Virus record (IMG/VR): IMGVR_UViG_3300028840_003851
Source: a virus
Reading direction: 5' to 3' (one strand)
DNA length: 64,000 nucleotides
Part shown: piece by piece, positions 26,487 through 35,456 of the stretch
Numbering within the stretch: the first letter of the stretch is position 1
Layout: every line of letters starts with the position of its first letter
Program-made: the position numbers and the translations under genes
The notes under the pieces: generated by a model
The model's database searches: none
What the model was told of the DNA's origin: nothing
The model's input: the letters and a program-made list of their open reading frames with translations, nothing else

Positions 26487-27935
26487 ATGCCGTCAATCGA
26501 GGCTCAGCTCATATCTCACATCGTATCCACAGGTGACCTAGCAGGGGTCAAGAAGTGGGGCATCACATCGGACGACTTCCTTATAGAGGCGCACAAGCAG
26601 CAGTTCCTGAAGCTGGAGTCGCACTCTCAGATTAAGGGAGCCGACGGTAAGCCGATGGGTGTTAACGCTTTCCTGGAGGCTACCCCGGACTTCGAGATAT
26701 GCCATGACAAGAACACCGCTGTTGAGTACCTGTGCGAGCAGGTACGTTACAACAGAGTAGCCGTACAAGCAGAGGAGGTATCAGCAGACATCGCTAGGGC
26801 TCTGCAGAGAGACCCGATTAAAGCGATATCGATGGGAGAAGAAAGATACGCTAAGCTGCGTATGCTCTTAGCTAGAAAAGATGTAGACGTTACGTGGGTA
26901 GACTCTTACGCGAGAGCAATAGAGAACTACAAGCTAAGAGAGAGCGGCGTAATGACGGGAGTGTGCACGTATCCGTGGCACCCTCTTAACGATGTTACCC
27001 CCGGAGTAGAGAGAGGAGATTACATCGTCTTCTACGGTAGACCTAAGAGCTACAAGAGCTGGGTGCTCGCGTGGTTCTTGGTTCACGCGTACTTTCAAGG
27101 TCTGCGTGTGCTTGTCTACACAAAGGAGATGACACCAGACAACATCTTTGAACGCATGAGCGCCATCTTGGCGCAGGTAGACTACCACAACTACAAGACG
27201 TGCAGCCTGACAGAGGAGGAGAGGAGCTCCTTCTTTAACGGCATTGACTACATTAGGAACGCCCAGAAGGCGGATGGAAGATGCATCATCGCACTAAAGG
27301 GCAATGAGGTAGGAGAAGGGAGAGACACAGTTAGCTGGCTCAGCGGTAAGGTAGACGAGCACAAGCCCCATATTGTGGGCATCGACGGTATGTACCTAAT
27401 GAGCGCAGACATCAAGACAAAGCAAGACCACGAGCGAGTACGGTGTATCTCTAGGTCTATCAGAGCTATGATTCTAGCTAAAGGAGTCCCTGTTGTGGCT
27501 ACGCTACAGGCCAACAGGCAAGACTCAGACGAGCTACGAGACATGGCTCACAGTGATGCTCTAGGGCAAGACCCTACAGGCATCTACCGATGTGTGAACG
27601 ACAAGGACAGCCCTACGATATCCGTGATAGCTACAGGAGCTAGGGAGTACCGAATGAACGGCTTTCGTATCTGGGCAAAGCCTGCTGTCAGCTTCGGATT
27701 CCACAGCCTTCTTACGGCAGACCAGGTGGAGAAAGCAAAGGAGGGAGACACGGGAGAGGCGGAGGCAGACCCAGCCTCACACGCCAAGAGTAGAAAGAAG
27801 AAAGGAAAGGCGATGGCCACCAACCGTATAATGAGGAGCATCCAGGCGGCTGCCGAGGATATGAGCGAGGCGGTGCAAGTTGGATATAGAACAGGAGGTC
27901 CTGGCACTAGCCAGGAAGCACCTGAGACGGGTTAG
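26487..27935 (+). CDS. Replicative DNA helicase (DnaB/SF4-like)
   Basis: SD GGAGG before ATG 26487; YGRPKSYKS Walker A, KEM, GIDGMYLM, LQANR. Confidence 0.85.
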   Translation: MPSIEAQLISHIVSTGDLAGVKKWGITSDDFLIEAHKQQFLKLESHSQIKGADGKPMGVNAFLEATPDFEICHDKNTAVEYLCEQVRYNRVAVQAEEVSADIARALQRDPIKAISMGEERYAKLRMLLARKDVDVTWVDSYARAIENYKLRESGVMTGVCTYPWHPLNDVTPGVERGDYIVFYGRPKSYKSWVLAWFLVHAYFQGLRVLVYTKEMTPDNIFERMSAILAQVDYHNYKTCSLTEEERSSFFNGIDYIRNAQKADGRCIIALKGNEVGEGRDTVSWLSGKVDEHKPHIVGIDGMYLMSADIKTKQDHERVRCISRSIRAMILAKGVPVVATLQANRQDSDELRDMAHSDALGQDPTGIYRCVNDKDSPTISVIATGAREYRMNGFRIWAKPAVSFGFHSLLTADQVEKAKEGDTGEAEADPASHAKSRKKKGKAMATNRIMRSIQAAAEDMSEAVQVGYRTGGPGTSQEAPETG

Positions 27936-28875
27936 CCACTCAGGGCCTTACGATGTGATGGCGCTGTGCCCCTTCCATCGTAAGGCTGATGGGTCTATGG
28001 AGCGCACTCCATCTTTCGCTCTGTCTCTCTCGAAAGGCGTGTACTTCTGCCACGCCTGTGAAGAGTCAGGCAACCTGTATACGCTCCTGAGGCACCTGGG
28101 GCATACGAGAGACGACATCGAGTACGACTACCGTCGGCTCATTGATGCCGCCTCTCGCAACATACCCCCAGACCCCGACCCGCTAAGGCCGGGTATTGTG
28201 TCTACGGAGCCCATACCGGAGAAGCTCCTAGGATTGTTCGACTACTGCCCTGTCTCCCTAGAGGAGGCAGGATTTACAGAGGAGACACTAAGGAGGTTTG
28301 ATGTCGGGTTCGACAAGGAGCACATGCGCATCACCTTCCCCCTACGAGACATAAGAGGAAATCTCGTAGGGATAAGCGGTAGAAGCGTACTGAGCTCCTC
28401 ATCTCGGTACAAGATTTACTCATCGGAGTACGCTACGTGGGACATGCCACCCAGAAAAGGATGGGATAAGAGAACAGTACTGTATAACGCCCATGCAGTC
28501 ATGCCGGCCGTCTACTACTTTACAGGCACTGTAGAGGTGTTTGTGGTAGAAGGCTTCAAGGCGTGCATGTGGCTGGTGCAGCACGGGATGACCAACACTG
28601 TTGCTCTGATGGGTAGCTACCTTTCTTGGGAGCAGAAATGGATACTTGAAGCCATGGGTGCCGTAGTGTACCTTTTCTTGGATAACGACAGCTCAGGACA
28701 TAAAGGAACAGAGCAGGCTGCACAGACGCTTCAGCGAAGCATAAAGGTGCGGATAGCCACATATCCACAACGTCTGAAGAACATCAAAGCGCAACCAGAT
28801 GACCTGACAGCCGAGGAGCTACAAAGGGTCAAAGACAACGCTATAACGTTTGCGGAGTACATAAATCATGGGTGA
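27880..28875 (+). CDS. DNA primase (DnaG-like, CHC2 zinc finger + TOPRIM)
   Basis: CPFH...CHAC, RITFP, VVEGF, FLDND. Confidence 0.9.
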   Translation: MDIEQEVLALARKHLRRVSHSGPYDVMALCPFHRKADGSMERTPSFALSLSKGVYFCHACEESGNLYTLLRHLGHTRDDIEYDYRRLIDAASRNIPPDPDPLRPGIVSTEPIPEKLLGLFDYCPVSLEEAGFTEETLRRFDVGFDKEHMRITFPLRDIRGNLVGISGRSVLSSSSRYKIYSSEYATWDMPPRKGWDKRTVLYNAHAVMPAVYYFTGTVEVFVVEGFKACMWLVQHGMTNTVALMGSYLSWEQKWILEAMGAVVYLFLDNDSSGHKGTEQAAQTLQRSIKVRIATYPQRLKNIKAQPDDLTAEELQRVKDNAITFAEYINHG

Positions 28876-30031
28876 GTACGGTAAGGACGACAAGGTTCTA
28901 GAGAGCATTCCTACACAGAACGCCAGCCTACGACAGAAGGCGAGGTTCTCTGAGACCACTGGGAGAAACGACAACGGGCCGAGCCGAAAGGCATATTGGG
29001 CCGAGAAGTTTAAGCTACCACTAGGGGCGCAGAACGCAGCCGCCGTTCGGATAGTCCCTGGTGAGTACCTACTTGTCGAGTCAGACAGGGAAGGCAACCT
29101 GTCTAAGATGGTAACCCCTTGGAAGAAGGTATTTGAGCACAGCTCCGGTAGCGGTACCGCCATCTGCAGCGGAGGACCGTTCAGGCTGATGGAGTCCCAC
29201 AGGGACATGGCGGATGAGTGCCTAGGCTGCGAGGCGTACTGGCAAGAAAGGTGGGATAGAAGAAACAGAGGGCAGGATGAGTGGAAGGACATGAAGAACA
29301 GGATAAGCCCCTTGTTCGGGTTCACCGTAGCGGTGCTGGGTGTCGTACATAAGGTACCCGCTAGATACGTTCAAGGGCCTAAGGCGGGAAGCGTTAAGGT
29401 AGACGGTAGAGGAGAGCCCGTGATGGAGTGGGTCACCTGCTCTAGGCAAGGGTGCGAAGGATGCCGCACGGGAGCTGAGACCCAGGATGGCATCAAGCTG
29501 CCCTGGGCCATGCGCAAAACACACTTCCAAACGCTCATAGGGTGGGAGACAACCGTCGGCATGGACTGCACGGCCTGCGGCGGTGACAGAACCATCCTCA
29601 CAGAGAAATGGGTGTGCCGTGGGTGCGGCAACGTCATCATCGACATGTCGTCTACGTACCTTAGCTCTGATGAGATAGAGCAGGTAGCCTTCAACCTTTA
29701 CAGCTGCCCGGAGTGCAGCACGCAGGCGTTCCCGAATGAGACACTATCTTGCACGCAGTGCGATACACCTGTCAGAGCAAACCTCTGGAACGTTGATATC
29801 TGCGTGTACGGAGAACGACCCCAAGGGAGCAACATCATTAGCTTACAGAACAGCTCTATATCAAAGCCGAAGCCCATAGACCGGAAGTACGCACATCTCG
29901 TCTTGGAGCCACTAGACCTAGATTCTTTGTTTGCCCCTGCGGACCTTGAGTACCAGCAGCGGCTGTGGAGCTCTAACAAGAGCATGAAGGAGCAGGCCAA
30001 CCGTATGGCCAGGGAATACGGTCGCGCATAA
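28868..30031 (+). CDS. Putative ssDNA-binding protein (gp32-like) with several CxxC motifs
   Basis: Located between primase and polymerase; VRIVPG and C..C motifs reminiscent of gp32-type SSBs. Confidence 0.45.
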   Translation: MGEYGKDDKVLESIPTQNASLRQKARFSETTGRNDNGPSRKAYWAEKFKLPLGAQNAAAVRIVPGEYLLVESDREGNLSKMVTPWKKVFEHSSGSGTAICSGGPFRLMESHRDMADECLGCEAYWQERWDRRNRGQDEWKDMKNRISPLFGFTVAVLGVVHKVPARYVQGPKAGSVKVDGRGEPVMEWVTCSRQGCEGCRTGAETQDGIKLPWAMRKTHFQTLIGWETTVGMDCTACGGDRTILTEKWVCRGCGNVIIDMSSTYLSSDEIEQVAFNLYSCPECSTQAFPNETLSCTQCDTPVRANLWNVDICVYGERPQGSNIISLQNSSISKPKPIDRKYAHLVLEPLDLDSLFAPADLEYQQRLWSSNKSMKEQANRMAREYGRA

Positions 30032-30047
30032 CCCGTAAACAGGAGAC

Positions 30048-30078
30048 GGGGGAGGGTGAGAGCCCTCCCCCTTTTTTT
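30048..30078 (+). terminator. Strong Rho-independent terminator abutting the polymerase ATG
   Basis: GGGGGAGGG-TGAGAG-CCCTCCCCC-TTTTTTT, then ATG at 30079. Confidence 0.8.
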
Positions 30079-31584
30079 ATGGCACGCTGGAACATTGACG
30101 TACCCGTCTCTAAGTATGTCCAAGGTGTAGGGCCCGCAGCGCCGGATACCGTAGAGACGGCAAGCATAGAGAGCGTCGTACGCGCTCTCGAGGACCAGAA
30201 GATGATAGCTATAGACACAGAGACCACAGGTCTTAGCAACGTGTCTGACTATCCTCTGTACTGGTCTGTATCGTGGGGTAAGGAGCGTGTAGCGCTGCAC
30301 GCCTCGACACTCCCGCACTTCAAGCACGTCCTAGCGGACACCAGCAAGACATGGCTGTTGGCAAACGCCAAATTCGACATGCACATGCTGGCTAACTACG
30401 GCACACCTATCCAGGGAAAGGTTCACTGCATACAGGTCATGCATGCTCTTCTGTTCGCGGAGGAGAGCCACAAGCTAAAGGACATGGCCAATGATCTGCT
30501 TGGCAACAAGTGGACAGACTTTCAGAACACCTTCGGTAAGATATCAAAGAAGAAAGGAGTAACTGCCGAGGACGTAATACGCCGCGCAGAGGTGCAGGAC
30601 ATGCCTCTTCTTGTTGAGTACGCTTGTCTGGATGCGTGGGGCACCATGGAGCTGTACTACATCCTAAAGAAGATGCTGGAGAAAGAGCTGACGTACAGCC
30701 TGTATCCAGACACGTGGCCGTACATAGTCACTCTTTGGGACTACTTCGCTAGAGTAGAGGCCGTCTACACCAGGGTTCTGTGGGACCAGGAGAGAGTCGG
30801 TATCAAAATTGACATGGAGCGTGTCAACGACATCTCTCCCACCATAAAGAAGGGACTTGATAACGCAGAGAGGGAGGTGTGGAGGTTAGCGGGAAGGAAG
30901 CTGTCTACAGACAGTCCTGACCAGCTTCGGGAGAAGTTCTTTGGACCTAAGGAGCGGGGCAACTTCGGCCTTAAACCTCTGAAGAAGACTAAAGGAGGCA
31001 AGAAGGGAGAGCCCAAAGCCTCGACCGACGCCGAGGTTCTTCAGCGCATCGCTGAGGGTAACTACCCGCGAGAGGCTAGGGAGCTGGCGGGGGCTATCCT
31101 CGACTACCGAGACTTTGCGAAGATGTACAAAACGTACATCGTCGGCATTGGCAGGTACGTTGATGCTAGAGACCGCATACACACCACCTATAATCAGGAC
31201 ATAGCGAGGACCGGCAGGTTGTCCTCAAAAGAGCCAAACCTTCAAAATATCCCAAACCCAGAGAAGGACACCCGATGGAGAATACGAAGTGTGTTCATCG
31301 CCAGAGAGGGCTACACCTTAATAGTTGTCGACTACAAGCAGCTAGAGATGCGCCTTCTGGCATGTGCCGCTAACGACCCAGACATGCAGGGTGTCTTTCA
31401 TAGGAACTGGGACATCCACATGGGCAATGCGTCTCTCATGTACGGGGTCCCGTACGATGATATCGTCCTGGCAAAGAAGACAAGAAAGGCGGTCGATGCG
31501 AAGGAGCTAGAGGAGAGCGCGCTAACCGAGTACATGGTTGAGTGCTTAGGGTATAGAAACGATGTTAAGAATATCGGCTTCGGT
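30079..31584 (+). CDS. polA: DNA polymerase family A, exon 1 (3'-5' exonuclease, motif A, first half of motif B)
   Basis: AIDTETTG, NAKFD, YACLD, RTGRLSS..PNLQNIP and DYKQLEMR motifs; ends KNIGFG (502 codons). Confidence 0.92.
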
Positions 31585-31857
31585 CAACCAGCCAGTCAGG
31601 CCGAAGTAAAACCTGCTCAAAACGGGGAAACCTACGGGCGTAACGCCTACGGCAATCCCGTGCTGCCTAGCGTCATGGGCAGTGTATCGACTTGGGGGCC
31701 GACGCCCCCTCAACAGAAGGGCCTAGCGCAGGGTAGTCACTCCCCATGCTTCTGTTGACACGGCAGGCACTCTTACCAAATCCCGCAGGCGTATGCGGGT
31801 GGCGGGTTAGAAGAGTGAAGGTATAGTCAGTGCCTGGGGAAACTCAGGATGTACACG
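31585..31857 (+). ncRNA. Group I self-splicing intron (IA-like, 273 nt, no internal ORF)
   Basis: P1 TTCGGT/GCCGAA with U.G at the 5' splice site; P3 CCTGC/GCAGG; R GTGTATCGACT; S GAAGGTATAGTC; P7.1 and P7.2; GAAA-capped P9; terminal G. Splicing restores KNIGFG|LNYG. Confidence 0.92.
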
Positions 31858-32361
31858 CTAAATTACGGGATGGGAGTTGCGTCCCTAGCAAGAAGGCTGA
31901 AGTGCTCTAGGGCAGAGGCAAAGGACAAGATGGTTAAGTACTTGGAGACATACCCGGCCATTAAGAGGTTCTACAAATCAGCCAAGGAGGAGACAAGGAG
32001 AACAGGTTACGCTTACACCGTTCTGGGTAGAAGGCGTGCACTACCTGGTATCAACTCTAGATACAACGGTGTGCGCGCAGATGCAGAGCGAAAAGCGGTC
32101 AACACGCGTATTCAAGGTAGCGCTGCAGACGTTGTAAAGATGGCTCAGATTATGTGTCACGCATCTAGGTTCGACAGAAAGTACGGATGCGAGATGCTCC
32201 TTCAGATTCACGACGAGCTAGTGTTCGAGTGCCCCACGGAGAACGTGGAGAGGGCAATGAAGGACATCGTCGGAACTATGGAGCACCCGTTCCCCACAGA
32301 CCTTGCAGTGGCTATGGGCGTGGATGCCGGTACAGGACAGACATGGGCGGAAGGACATTAG
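31858..32361 (+). CDS. polA: DNA polymerase family A, exon 2
   Basis: LNYGMG, AVNTRIQGSAAD and LQIHDELVFE (motif C); spliced product 669 aa. Confidence 0.92.
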   Translation, partial: LNYGMGVASLARRLKCSRAEAKDKMVKYLETYPAIKRFYKSAKEETRRTGYAYTVLGRRRALPGINSRYNGVRADAERKAVNTRIQGSAADVVKMAQIMCHASRFDRKYGCEMLLQIHDELVFECPTENVERAMKDIVGTMEHPFPTDLAVAMGVDAGTGQTWAEGH

Positions 32362-32362
32362 T

Positions 32363-32554
32363 ATGAAGAACCCTAAGGATATGGACGACGGCGAGCTCGT
32401 ATGTGAGCTACTGCAGCTTACAAATGAGTGGGCGGCGGCACCTATCCGTACAAAGCTTACGTTAGCCCGCGACCTAGACCTACTGAAGACAGAGGTTCTG
32501 TCTCGTATGGAGAAAAGGAGAGACGATGAGACTAGAAGAGATGAGCAACCGTGA
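32363..32554 (+). CDS. Small hypothetical protein
   Basis: ATG 2 nt after the polA stop. Confidence 0.55.
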   Translation: MKNPKDMDDGELVCELLQLTNEWAAAPIRTKLTLARDLDLLKTEVLSRMEKRRDDETRRDEQP

Positions 32555-32888
32555 CCTGTTAGAGAACCTCCTACTGTGTACGAGTAGTCACTGCGAGCTA
32601 AAAAGGTACCCGACACCTATAGAGATGAGGGAGGAGGTGCTTAGACGGATGGAAACAGAGGTAGAGGCTCAAGAGCAGCTTGCGAACAGGTACGTCGACC
32701 TGATGTGCAGGGTGTTCAGAGACAGGTTCAACAACGGAGGGGAGCTTCACGATGCTGTAGAGGCTGACTACGGAGAGCAGCTAGACACTGTATACCTACA
32801 GCTGTCGGACGCTAATAGGAAGCGGGTAGACCGCACGTTCTGCACCGGCTCCTACAAGGAGGAGAAGAATGTCGGAAACGCGAGTTAA
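32526..32888 (+). CDS. Hypothetical protein
   Basis: 120-aa ORF in the operon. Confidence 0.6.
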   Translation: MRLEEMSNRDLLENLLLCTSSHCELKRYPTPIEMREEVLRRMETEVEAQEQLANRYVDLMCRVFRDRFNNGGELHDAVEADYGEQLDTVYLQLSDANRKRVDRTFCTGSYKEEKNVGNAS

Positions 32889-33171
32889 GGAGTACTACTG
32901 TGACACCTGTGGAGGAAGGATTGGGAGGACGCTTGAGCACGCCTGCTTCATCTGCGAAGCGCAGCTCTGTAGCCGTGATTGCTGCAAGGCTCTACTGTGT
33001 ACCGCAACGGGGACAGTAGCTACATTCAGCGATACTGATTGCCTGGGCAGTATAAAGCTGTGTCGTAGCTGTCGGAATAAGTACCAGGACAGAGCGTACG
33101 AAAGAGCAGTGGATGCCTTTTGCTCGGCTCTTAGAGAGTACAAAGAGGAGGAGGAGAAGAATGGAGGTTAG
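32869..33171 (+). CDS. Small Cys-rich zinc-finger protein
   Basis: CDTC, CFIC, CSRDCC and CRSC motifs; SD AAGGAGG. Confidence 0.65.
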   Translation: MSETRVKEYYCDTCGGRIGRTLEHACFICEAQLCSRDCCKALLCTATGTVATFSDTDCLGSIKLCRSCRNKYQDRAYERAVDAFCSALREYKEEEEKNGG

Positions 33172-33249
33172 ACCTGATGGGGAGCTTGTCATGCGCGTGG
33201 AGCCCCTAGACCTAGCGGACGAGAACCCTATTCCTGATGAGATACTAGG

Positions 33250-33786
33250 ATGTTGAAACCGTGCAAGCTATGTGGTGGAGCCGGATTCTATAAGAGCGAG
33301 GAGGGAGGACCAGAGGACAAGAGCCCAAGGATGTACCACAAGTACTGGGTAAGCCGAACAGACAGAAGGGACAAGCCCGGAGAGAAGCACCACGGGTGCC
33401 ACCTGTTCGTGCTGGATGCTGACCACGACAGATTCGCCATCCCAGCACTTAGAGCATACGCAGCGGCATGCGACAAGGAGCTACCAGAGCTGTCAAGAGA
33501 CCTTAGGGTACTTGCAACAGAGATGGAAAGAAGGATGCCAGGCGTATCGCACTACATGCGCAACGCGCCAAGCGGGCATGTAGGGTTGAGCAATGTAACT
33601 GTGAAGAGGGAGACACAGCCAGGGGACGAGAGGAGAGGAGCCATTCTAGTAAGGGTGAAGGGCAGGGTTGGAGAGCACTGGATACCGAAGTACCGCATAC
33701 ATGACGACTCAGAGGTTTGGCGAGCGGGAACGTCTGGTACTCTAATCATCCCGTTGGAGCTGGCAGAAGAGAAAGGACTGGCATGA
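33250..33786 (+). CDS. Hypothetical protein
   Basis: 178 aa; N-terminal CKLCGG; FVLDADHDRFAIPALRAYA segment. Confidence 0.65.
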   Translation: MLKPCKLCGGAGFYKSEEGGPEDKSPRMYHKYWVSRTDRRDKPGEKHHGCHLFVLDADHDRFAIPALRAYAAACDKELPELSRDLRVLATEMERRMPGVSHYMRNAPSGHVGLSNVTVKRETQPGDERRGAILVRVKGRVGEHWIPKYRIHDDSEVWRAGTSGTLIIPLELAEEKGLA

Positions 33787-34289
33787 GCTACATAGTGACG
33801 CATAAGCTGTTGAATGGTTACGTGTTCCCCGACAGGCAAGCTGCGTTCGAGGCTGTGTCTCGGTGCTACCTCTCTCCTCTAGTAATGGAGCTAACTGAGG
33901 ACGAGACAACCACAGTGCTTATCGCAGGTAAAGATGAGGAGGTCTGCAAGATACTACCAGCCACGCCCCCAGAGCCTATGGTGTCTTTGGCGTTACACGG
34001 ACGTGTAGAGAAGATAGACGTGAAGGCCGACTATAAGGATGGTGAGATTCAGCTTACTATGGCGCTTCCTGCCCTCTCGTACGATACCAGACTGGCATTG
34101 CAGCACATAGCCGCGCAGCCAAAGGTGTCTGCGATACTCCATCTAGGCTGCCACGCCAAAGAGCTTCATGATGAGAACGTACACCTTAAACACCGTCTAC
34201 GCGACCTTAAAAGACTTCACAAGGACCTTACGGGGGTGTCTAGGGCAATCAAGGAAACTATCCCAGAGGAGACTGAAGATGATGAGTAG
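33783..34289 (+). CDS. Hypothetical protein
   Basis: ATGA overlap; 168 aa. Confidence 0.6.
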   Translation: MSYIVTHKLLNGYVFPDRQAAFEAVSRCYLSPLVMELTEDETTTVLIAGKDEEVCKILPATPPEPMVSLALHGRVEKIDVKADYKDGEIQLTMALPALSYDTRLALQHIAAQPKVSAILHLGCHAKELHDENVHLKHRLRDLKRLHKDLTGVSRAIKETIPEETEDDE

Positions 34290-34842
34290 AGAGCTATTGG
34301 TAACAGCGGTGTGCGGACTTCTTATCGAGGTTGGGTGCTCCGGCAAGTGCCCCCAGCCGGAGCCGTGCGTGTGCCCCACCAGCACAGTGAGCGCCGCGCC
34401 GACAACGAGCGGAACGGTCGTGCCAACCACAACGACGTCTGTGAAGCCGAAGGCTCCAGGTAGGAGCACGCAGCTTCCGGAGAAGCTAAGCAAGAAGGAG
34501 AAGAAAGCAGCCATTGCCAACGAGGACGACCCTGTAAAGGTTGAGGCCACAGTAGAGAAGCAGAAGGGGCTGTCCGGGGTCACCCTGGAGCTCAATAATA
34601 CGACAGACAAGACGGTCGTAGCCTTCAAGGGCTACGTCTACGGATTCAACAAGATGGACGAGCCTATGGAGATAGCTCTCGGAGGAGAGTTCGTTAAGTT
34701 CCTGTCCGCGGACGACACCAAGCTCACACCAGGAAAAAGCAAGCAGTGGTACCGCTCCTACTACGGTCTCGCTAAGGGTACGACCGCCTTGGTGGAGATT
34801 GTAAAGGTGAAGTACGACGACGGGAGTGATTGGGAAAGATAG
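34279..34842 (+). CDS. Putative lipoprotein / exported protein
   Basis: Hydrophobic N-terminus ending EVG-C, T/P-rich linker and beta-sandwich-like C-terminus. Confidence 0.55.
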   Translation: MMSRELLVTAVCGLLIEVGCSGKCPQPEPCVCPTSTVSAAPTTSGTVVPTTTTSVKPKAPGRSTQLPEKLSKKEKKAAIANEDDPVKVEATVEKQKGLSGVTLELNNTTDKTVVAFKGYVYGFNKMDEPMEIALGGEFVKFLSADDTKLTPGKSKQWYRSYYGLAKGTTALVEIVKVKYDDGSDWER

Positions 34843-34977
34843 TGCGCTTCGTAGAGATTACCATCGTACCTGCCGGAGTGTGCGAGCACTGCGGCGGTAC
34901 GGTAGCATTGGAGCACCTAGATAGCTCATGGCGTAGGCGCTGCATGAGCTGCATGAGCTGCAACAAGGAGAGCAGAC

Positions 34978-35274
34978 ATGGCAGAGAAGAAGACGTTTTA
35001 CATCACGAAGTGGGCGCTAACGAAGGGCATTGTTGCCCGTAAGGGGATAAGAGAGGAGAACCGAAACGGACCCAGAGTGGTCTTCGGAAGAGGTCAAGAC
35101 ATCCTTATCCTAAAGATCGGAAAGGACGTCTTTGAAGAGCTCACAGAAGCTAAAGCAGATGCCTTCAACAGAGCTAAGAAGGCCGAGGAGAGGGCAGAGA
35201 AGACGGCCAGAGAGGCCAGCAAGAAGCGCAAGGCGTTCAAGTCAGGGAACATCGAGGTAGTAGAGGAGGAGTAG
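34978..35274 (+). CDS. Hypothetical protein
   Basis: 98 aa; SD GGAG. Confidence 0.65.
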   Translation: MAEKKTFYITKWALTKGIVARKGIREENRNGPRVVFGRGQDILILKIGKDVFEELTEAKADAFNRAKKAEERAEKTAREASKKRKAFKSGNIEVVEEE

Positions 35275-35276
35275 CC

Positions 35277-35456
35277 GTGGACAGGTATCTGTACGTAGTG
35301 GTAGACGACGACGGGGATATTGACGCGACCTTCAATAGAAGGGAAGAGGCCGTGGAGCATGCAAGTGCCTGGAAGGGTTTCAAGGTGTTCCGCTTCGAGC
35401 TTAGCAAGAACAAAAGAAGAAAGGACGGGGCCCTCTACGTCAGTAAGAAAGCATGA
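35277..35456 (+). CDS. Small hypothetical protein (59 aa; not in ORF track)
   Basis: GTG after GAGGAGGAG; ATGA overlap with the next gene. Confidence 0.5.
   Translation: MDRYLYVVVDDDGDIDATFNRREEAVEHASAWKGFKVFRFELSKNKRRKDGALYVSKKA

Noticed and set aside
30079-32361. polA as a broken pseudogene or frameshifted gene
   Set aside because: The gap is fully explained by a group I intron whose removal restores motif B in frame.
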